The notes below the pieces were generated by a model. That model was given only the letters and a program-made list of their open reading frames with translations, did no database searches and had not been told where the DNA came from. Both the position numbers and the translations under genes were made by a program. Below, in pieces: positions 58,006 to 64,000 of a stretch of DNA of 64,000 bases. Numbering within the stretch: position 1 is the first letter of the stretch; every line of letters starts with the position of its first letter. Source of the stretch: Gammaproteobacteria bacterium (GTDB taxonomy: Bacteria; Pseudomonadota; Gammaproteobacteria; Eutrophobiales; Eutrophobiaceae); NCBI GenBank assembly GCA_028279365.1, contig JANQNX010000014.1, positions 143,921-207,920 of the forward strand, written 5' to 3'.

Positions 58006-59088
58006 ATGACACGTTCGGTATTAAATTTTGGGCCAGGACCAGCAATGCTTCCTGAAGAAGTTATGCTACAAGCTCAGGCAGAGTTGCTTGATTGGCAGGG
58101 CAGTGGTAAATCGGTGATGGAGATCGGTCATCGTACGCCTGATTTCATAAAGTTAGCCGAACATGTTGAATCAAGCCTACGCGACATTCTGGCGATTCCT
58201 GATTCTTATCATGTGTTGTTTCTGGCTGGCGGTGCGACCCATCAGTACTCCATCATTCCAATGAATCTATTGGCCGGCAAACAAAGTGCTGATTATATTG
58301 ATACAGGTATTTGGTCTGACAAGGCGATAGCTGCCGCTAAACGATACACTGACGTTAACATTGTTTGCAGCTCGCGTGATGATGACTATCAATCTATTCC
58401 TGATCCGAGCAATTGGCAGTTAAATAACGACGCGGCATATTGCTATTACACTGATAATGAAACGATAGGCGGTGTCGAGTTTCATTCTGTCCCGAAGGTA
58501 AGTACTCCGCTGGTGTCTGATATGACATCGTCGCTATTGTCTAAACAGGTTGATGTCTCACAGTTTGGATTGATCTTCGCCGGTGCTCAAAAAAACATCG
58601 GGCCAGCAGGACTAACATTGGTCATTGTTAATAGTGAATTGCTGAAAGACATACTGTCCATTACACCTGATTTATTGAATTATTCCTTGCAGGCCAAAAA
58701 TCACAGCATGTTGAATACGCCGCCAACGTTTAATTGGTATATGGCAGGGTTAATGTTTGACTGGGTCAAACAGCAGGGCGGTATTGAAACAATGCAGCAA
58801 ATGAATCAGCGCAAGTCAGATCTGCTCTATCGTGCGATTGATGAATCTGGTTTATTTTACAATGATATTGCAAAAACGTGTCGTTCCCGAATGAATGTTG
58901 TGTTTCATTTGCAAGATGAAAATTTGCTACAAACGTTTTTAGAGGAAGCCACGCTAGCGGGATTACATGCGCTTAAAGGTCACAAGCTGGCAGGCGGCTG
59001 CCGCGCCAGCCTTTACAATGCCGTGTCTGAAGCCGGCGTAGAGCAATTAGTCGCTTTTATGCGTGAGTTTGAGCGTACAAAAGGCTAA
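58006..59088 (+). CDS. serC: Phosphoserine aminotransferase
   Basis: Collinear with E. coli SerC (FxxGPAMLP, GAQKNIGPAGLTxVIV, NTPPTFxWY). Confidence 0.9.
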   Translation: MTRSVLNFGPGPAMLPEEVMLQAQAELLDWQGSGKSVMEIGHRTPDFIKLAEHVESSLRDILAIPDSYHVLFLAGGATHQYSIIPMNLLAGKQSADYIDTGIWSDKAIAAAKRYTDVNIVCSSRDDDYQSIPDPSNWQLNNDAAYCYYTDNETIGGVEFHSVPKVSTPLVSDMTSSLLSKQVDVSQFGLIFAGAQKNIGPAGLTLVIVNSELLKDILSITPDLLNYSLQAKNHSMLNTPPTFNWYMAGLMFDWVKQQGGIETMQQMNQRKSDLLYRAIDESGLFYNDIAKTCRSRMNVVFHLQDENLLQTFLEEATLAGLHALKGHKLAGGCRASLYNAVSEAGVEQLVAFMREFERTKG

Positions 59089-59196
59089 ATCACCAACAAT
59101 GACTTTATCGGCTTGTGCGTCTGCCGTATGCTGTCCGGCACAAGTTAAAGAATAGTGTTTGTTTGAGTGAAACAACATGCCGTCTTGAGTAGAACT

Positions 59197-60282
59197 ATGA
59201 ACGATAAAAAAAACCTTGAGAGCTTGCGGGTTGAGATCGATGCGTTGGATAAACAGCTTATCGAGCTAATCAGTCAACGTGCTCAGCTGGCGCAGCAAGT
59301 TGCCGATGTAAAAAATGCATCGGCGGAACCGGCCCGGTTTTATCGTCCGGAACGTGAAGCGCAAATTTTGCGTAAGGTCATTGAGGAGAATCAAGGGCCC
59401 CTGTCGGAAGAAGAAATGGCGCGTTTGTTTCGTGAAATTATGTCAGCCTGTTTGGCATTAGAACAACCACTGGATATCGCTTATCTCGGTCCGGAAGGGA
59501 CGTTTACCCAATCGGCGGCATTAAAACACTTTGGCCATTCTGTTAATACATCGGCGTTTGGCAGTATCGATCAGGTGTTTCGTGAAGTGGAGTCCGGCGC
59601 GTCTGATTATGGTGTGGTGCCGGTTGAAAATTCGATAGAAGGCGTCGTCAACCATACGCTTGATATGTTGAATCACTCAAGCCTGATGATCATTGGCGAA
59701 GTCGAATTGCGTATTCACCATCATCTGTTGAGTAAAGAAACCGATACCGAATCAATTATGACAGTCTATGCGCATCAACAGGCTTTGGCGCAATGTCGCG
59801 CCTGGCTGGATACCAATTTAAGCAAGGCGGAGCGTATTTCAGTCTCTAGCAATGCTGAGGCGGCCAGAATCGTAAGTGATAAAGATCAGGTAGCGGCGAT
59901 TGCCAGTGAATCCGCCGGTGAACTATATCAGTTGAACATCTTAGAAAGTAATATTGAGAATCATCCTGATAATACCACCCGCTTTCTGGTGATAGGCAAG
60001 GAAATGTGTCGTCCCTGTGGCAATGATAAAACATCACTGATTTTTTCGACGCCAAACAAGCCGGGCGCGTTACATAAAATGTTAAGCTGCTTTGCAGATA
60101 ACGGGGTGAGTATGACCCGGATTGAATCTCGTCCATCGCGAAAAGAGATGTGGGATTATGTATTCTTTGTCGATGTTGAGGGGCATGCTGAGGATGAGCC
60201 TGTGAAACAGGCCTTGCATGAACTGCAAACGCATGCGGCGATGGTTAAGTTGTTAGGTTCTTATCCGCGGGCTGTCCTTTAG
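59197..60282 (+). CDS. pheA: Bifunctional chorismate mutase / prephenate dehydratase
   Basis: CM domain (LRxxIDxLDxQLxxLxxxR) then PDT domain (YLGPxGTFT, TRF) and ACT domain. Start at MNDKKNL; the track ORF starts 10 codons earlier. Confidence 0.85.
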   Translation: MNDKKNLESLRVEIDALDKQLIELISQRAQLAQQVADVKNASAEPARFYRPEREAQILRKVIEENQGPLSEEEMARLFREIMSACLALEQPLDIAYLGPEGTFTQSAALKHFGHSVNTSAFGSIDQVFREVESGASDYGVVPVENSIEGVVNHTLDMLNHSSLMIIGEVELRIHHHLLSKETDTESIMTVYAHQQALAQCRAWLDTNLSKAERISVSSNAEAARIVSDKDQVAAIASESAGELYQLNILESNIENHPDNTTRFLVIGKEMCRPCGNDKTSLIFSTPNKPGALHKMLSCFADNGVSMTRIESRPSRKEMWDYVFFVDVEGHAEDEPVKQALHELQTHAAMVKLLGSYPRAVL

Positions 60283-60465
60283 TGAATTATTATTAATGTT
60301 CTTTTTTTGTCATGACGGCGTCAGCATTGTGCTCAAATCCTCATGTATTATCTATACACTCCGGTTCTGCGCGTAATGCTTTCTGGTCCTGACAAAAAAA
60401 TTACGTTTACTAATAATCCACTTATTATTTTTAACATTTAATAATAATTAGCAAAGTAAGCATTC

Positions 60466-61569
60466 ATGACTTGTGATTTATTTACATTGGCAACAAAAGG
60501 CGTCGTCGGCTTGCAACCATACAGCGCGGGTAAACCGATCGAGGAATTGCAACGAGAGCTAGGTTTGAGTGAAATTATCAAGCTTGCGTCAAATGAAAAT
60601 CCGATGGGTCCGTCAGATGCGGTGCTTGATGCTATTGCATCAACCAAAGATTTATCACGTTACCCGGATGGCAACGGTTTTAATTTGAAACAGGCCTTGG
60701 CGGAAAAACATCAGGTCGATCCCTCGCAGATAACCCTGGGTAATGGTTCAAACGATCTGCTTGAGATGGTTGCGCGTGCCTTTGTTACCGAAAAACATCA
60801 GGTGATCTATTCGGAACACTCTTTTGCTGTTTATCCTATTGTTACCCAATCGGTGGGCGCAAAACATGTGGTAGTGCCGGCTAAAGACTGGGGTAATGAT
60901 TTACAGGCAATGCTAGCGGCGGTCACTGATAATACGAGATTACTGTTTATTGCTAATCCGAATAACCCAACCGGAACCTGGGTGAATAGCAATGATTTAC
61001 GTAACTTGCTGGAGAATATGCCGGAGCATGTCGTTGTCGTGGTTGATGAGGCCTATTTCGAATACGCAAGAGATACGGAAGAGTATCCTGATGCCAGTCA
61101 ATGGCTAAACGATTTTCAAAATCTGATCGTGACCCGCACCTTTTCCAAGGCCTACGGCATTGCCGGATTACGCATGGGTTACGGTTTATCGCATCCTGAT
61201 ATTGCCAATTTATTGAATCGTGTCAGACAGCCGTTTAACAACAATATGTTGGCGCTGGTTGCTGCTGAAGCGGCCTTGAATGATGAGAGTTATATTCAAA
61301 AAAGTGTCGAACTGAATCATAAGGGTATGAATGACATTATTCGTGCTTGTGATGATATGGGGCTGGATATGATTCCTTCCAAGGCAAATTTTGTCTGTAT
61401 AAATTTTGAACAACCGACAGATAGCATCTATCAAGCTTTGTTGCGTTCTGGGGTGATTGTCAGACCGATTGCCAATTACGGTATGCCGAATCATTTACGT
61501 GTGTCCATCGGACTGGAACATGAAAACAAACTGTTTATTGATTCGCTTTCTTCAATCTTATCCGCATAA
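60466..61569 (+). CDS. hisC: Histidinol-phosphate aminotransferase
   Basis: Class II aminotransferase; KLASNENP ... RTFSKAYGIAGLRxGY with the PLP lysine. Confidence 0.85.
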   Translation: MTCDLFTLATKGVVGLQPYSAGKPIEELQRELGLSEIIKLASNENPMGPSDAVLDAIASTKDLSRYPDGNGFNLKQALAEKHQVDPSQITLGNGSNDLLEMVARAFVTEKHQVIYSEHSFAVYPIVTQSVGAKHVVVPAKDWGNDLQAMLAAVTDNTRLLFIANPNNPTGTWVNSNDLRNLLENMPEHVVVVVDEAYFEYARDTEEYPDASQWLNDFQNLIVTRTFSKAYGIAGLRMGYGLSHPDIANLLNRVRQPFNNNMLALVAAEAALNDESYIQKSVELNHKGMNDIIRACDDMGLDMIPSKANFVCINFEQPTDSIYQALLRSGVIVRPIANYGMPNHLRVSIGLEHENKLFIDSLSSILSA

Positions 61570-61571
61570 GT

Positions 61572-62444
61572 ATGTTAATTGATCATCTTGCAATTATTGG
61601 CGTTGGCTTAATTGGCGGTTCGCTGGCGCGTGCGCTACGCAAAGATAAACTGGTAGGAAAAGTGACCGGCTGTAACCGTGGCGAAGATACATTAAAACAG
61701 GCTATCGAGTTAAATGTCATTGATGATTATTCCTTGTCTATTGGGGGTGCGATTGCCGATGCGGATGTTGTATTAATAGGTACGCCGTTATCGACCACTA
61801 ATAAGCTGTTACCGCAAATTGCCGAAGCCATGAACGACACTACCGTTTTGACAGATGTGGGCAGTGCCAAAGGCAGTGTCGTCAATGCTGCCAGAGAATG
61901 TCTGGGAGACCATTTATCGAGATTTATACCGGGACACCCTATCGCCGGTACTGAGCAAAGTGGGGTTGCGGCCTCGTTTGCTGAGTTGTTTGTCGATCAT
62001 CGCGTGATACTGACACCACTAGCCGAGACCGGCGCAAAGGCTCATCAGCTGATCACCGATATGTGGCAAGCGGTTGGCGCCGAGGTGATTAATCTGGACG
62101 TGATGCACCATGATCAAGTGTTGGCAGCGACCAGTCATCTGCCGCACATGCTTGCCTATGCCCTGGTTGATTGTCTTGCGCGAATGGAAGAACGAGAGGA
62201 AATATTTAAATACGCCGCAGGTGGTTTTGCCGATTTTACCCGCATTGCATCAAGCAGTCCTGAGATGTGGCATGACATCTGTATTTCAAATCGCGAGTCA
62301 TTATTAGAGACAATGACAATATTTTCTGAACACATGGAACGTATTCGCATCGCGATAGAAGCAGGTGACAGCGAAGCACTATTAAAGATATTTCAGTGTG
62401 CAAAAACGGCACGAGATAATTTTGCCAGTAAGAAACTTACCTAG
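61572..62444 (+). CDS. tyrA: Prephenate/cyclohexadienyl dehydrogenase (monofunctional)
   Basis: N-terminal Rossmann IGVGLIGGS. 290 aa, not fused to aroA. Confidence 0.8.
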   Translation: MLIDHLAIIGVGLIGGSLARALRKDKLVGKVTGCNRGEDTLKQAIELNVIDDYSLSIGGAIADADVVLIGTPLSTTNKLLPQIAEAMNDTTVLTDVGSAKGSVVNAARECLGDHLSRFIPGHPIAGTEQSGVAASFAELFVDHRVILTPLAETGAKAHQLITDMWQAVGAEVINLDVMHHDQVLAATSHLPHMLAYALVDCLARMEEREEIFKYAAGGFADFTRIASSSPEMWHDICISNRESLLETMTIFSEHMERIRIAIEAGDSEALLKIFQCAKTARDNFASKKLT

Positions 62445-62475
62445 TTTAAGTTAAGCAGAAGCGACTTTTATTCTC

Positions 62476-63783
62476 ATGCAGCAAGCAAATCGTTTTCGTA
62501 TTCAACCCGGTGGTAAGTTATCGGGTCAGTTAACCGTGCCGGGTGATAAATCCATATCGCACCGTGCAATTATGCTCGGCGCGATTGCTGAGGGTGAGAC
62601 TAACGTAAGTGGGTTTTTGCAGGGCGAAGATACACTGGCCACCATGCAAGCTTTCCAGCAGATGGGTGTGTCAATTGAACGCAGTGGATCAAATATCCGA
62701 ATTATCGGTGTCGGTTTGGGTGGACTAAAAGCACCAGGCAAACCACTTGACCTGGGTAACTCCGGGACCTCAGTTCGATTACTTGCCGGATTATTGGCAG
62801 GACAAAGATTTGATGTGGATTTGACTGGTGATGAATCTTTAAGAAAGCGTCCTATGCGTCGTGTGATCGATCCGCTGATGCAAATGAATGCAAGCATTAG
62901 CTGTACTGATGACGGTACCTTACCGGTACATATAACAGGCGGACAACAATTACACGGTATTGAATATGACATGCCGGTTGCTAGTGCCCAGCTTAAATCC
63001 TGCCTGTTACTTGCTGGACTCTACGCAAGCGGCACGACCATCGTGATCGAATGCAAGCCAACACGCGATCATACCGAACGCATGCTGACTGCATTTGGCT
63101 GCCCTGTTGATAAACAAGGACAGCGTATCTCGATACAGTCTAGTAATAAATTAGTGGGTAATGATGTGCATGTACCTGCTGATTTTTCCTCTGCGGCTTT
63201 TTTTATTGTTGCCGCTGCGATAGTGCCGGGCTCAGATATTGTGATAAAGAATGTCGGTGTGAACCCGACCCGTCATGCTATGCTGGATATCTTGAAGTTG
63301 ATGGGCGCAAAGATTGATTTGCTCAATCAACGGGAACAAACAGGTGAGCCGGTTGCTGATATTCATGTGGAATACAGTCAACTGAATGGTATTACTATTC
63401 CCGAAGCACTGGTGCCAATCGCAATTGATGAATTCCCCATTATTTTTATTGCTGCTGCTGCAGCTAAGGGTGTGACAAAACTCTCCGGCGCAGCAGAGTT
63501 GCGGGTCAAGGAAAGTGATCGTATTGAATCTATGCTAGCGGGTCTGTTGGCATTAGGTATTAAGGCCGAAGCGCTGGGAGACGGGATGATCATTGAAGGC
63601 GGTAAGTTTTCGGGTGGTGAGGTGAACAGCTTTACCGATCATCGTATTGCAATGGCGTTTTCTGTTGCGGGTATGTTGGCCACTGATACGGTTACGGTTA
63701 ATGATTGTACTAATGTGGCAACCTCATTTCCCGGTTTTTTCGACACTGCGCGCCAAATCGGGATGCATATCGACCATGGCTGA
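62476..63783 (+). CDS. aroA: 3-phosphoshikimate 1-carboxyvinyltransferase (EPSP synthase)
   Basis: 435 aa EPSPS ([11 protein letters not shown], RPMxR, the ...ELRVKESDR motif). Confidence 0.9.
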   Translation: MQQANRFRIQPGGKLSGQLTVPGDKSISHRAIMLGAIAEGETNVSGFLQGEDTLATMQAFQQMGVSIERSGSNIRIIGVGLGGLKAPGKPLDLGNSGTSVRLLAGLLAGQRFDVDLTGDESLRKRPMRRVIDPLMQMNASISCTDDGTLPVHITGGQQLHGIEYDMPVASAQLKSCLLLAGLYASGTTIVIECKPTRDHTERMLTAFGCPVDKQGQRISIQSSNKLVGNDVHVPADFSSAAFFIVAAAIVPGSDIVIKNVGVNPTRHAMLDILKLMGAKIDLLNQREQTGEPVADIHVEYSQLNGITIPEALVPIAIDEFPIIFIAAAAAKGVTKLSGAAELRVKESDRIESMLAGLLALGIKAEALGDGMIIEGGKFSGGEVNSFTDHRIAMAFSVAGMLATDTVTVNDCTNVATSFPGFFDTARQIGMHIDHG

Positions 63784-64000
63784 TATGCCGGTTATCACAG
63801 TTGACGGGCCTAGTGGGACCGGCAAAGGCACGGTCTGTAGTTTTCTGGCCAATTGGCTTGGCTGGCATTTATTAGATAGTGGCGCACTTTATCGAATATT
63901 GGCATTGGCGGCAGATAAGCATGCTGTTTCATTGCAGGATGAATTATCACTGGCCGAGCTGGCAGAAAAACTGCAAATACAATTTACCGCGCAACAGGCA
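63776..64000 (+). CDS. cmk: Cytidylate kinase (5' part; continues beyond window)
   Basis: [20 protein letters not shown]-loop. Overlaps the aroA stop. Truncated by the window edge. Confidence 0.85.
   Translation, partial: MADMPVITVDGPSGTGKGTVCSFLANWLGWHLLDSGALYRILALAADKHAVSLQDELSLAELAEKLQIQFTAQQA

Noticed and set aside
60283-60465. Structured element between pheA and hisC
   Set aside because: A small palindrome (TGACGGCGTCA) and an AT-rich stretch are present, but there is no strong terminator or known RNA motif. It is likely just an internal promoter or spacer of the supraoperon.

Overview
About 64 kb of a gammaproteobacterial chromosome, roughly 43-45% GC by eye. The operon order pyrG-kdsA-eno-ftsB-ispD-ispF and gyrA-serC-pheA-hisC-tyrA-aroA-cmk resembles Pseudomonadales- or Oceanospirillales-type genomes; that placement is tentative. 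The window is mostly housekeeping genes: purL, purB, pyrC, pyrG, asnS, gyrA, eno, fhs, rnt, tas, and the serC-pheA-hisC-tyrA-aroA-cmk operon. There is one complete TonB-dependent haem uptake locus, hemP-hemR-tonB-hemS-exbBD-hmuTUV, with a Fur-box-like site upstream. Transporters include yjcH-actP, agcS, an MFS, an EamA-family protein and a ClC channel. The most interesting accessory region is at 32.9-38.7 kb. It is a bona fide RpfF (DSF-synthase) homolog, co-transcribed with a membrane fatty-acid desaturase, and convergent with an RpfC-like 5-TM hybrid kinase and an RpfG-like REC/HD-GYP regulator. I read this as a DSF-family cell-cell signalling cluster whose signal chemistry is probably modified (an extra double bond). 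It has no rpfB and is inserted between ispF and smrB/purL. Other points of interest follow. Two VPLPA-CTERM (exosortase-sorted) surface proteins are present; the second has a T7 homopolymer that breaks its signal peptide, which is either a phase-variable contingency tract or a sequencing error. There is a periplasmic secretin-N-domain-only protein in an operon downstream of purB. An orphan Pol-beta-type nucleotidyltransferase and a secreted HExxH protein sit between tag and asnS. There are several operator-like repeats in intergenic regions. I found no rRNA, tRNA, CRISPR, integrase or transposase genes. Coordinates of starts are my best reading and several are ambiguous (noted).
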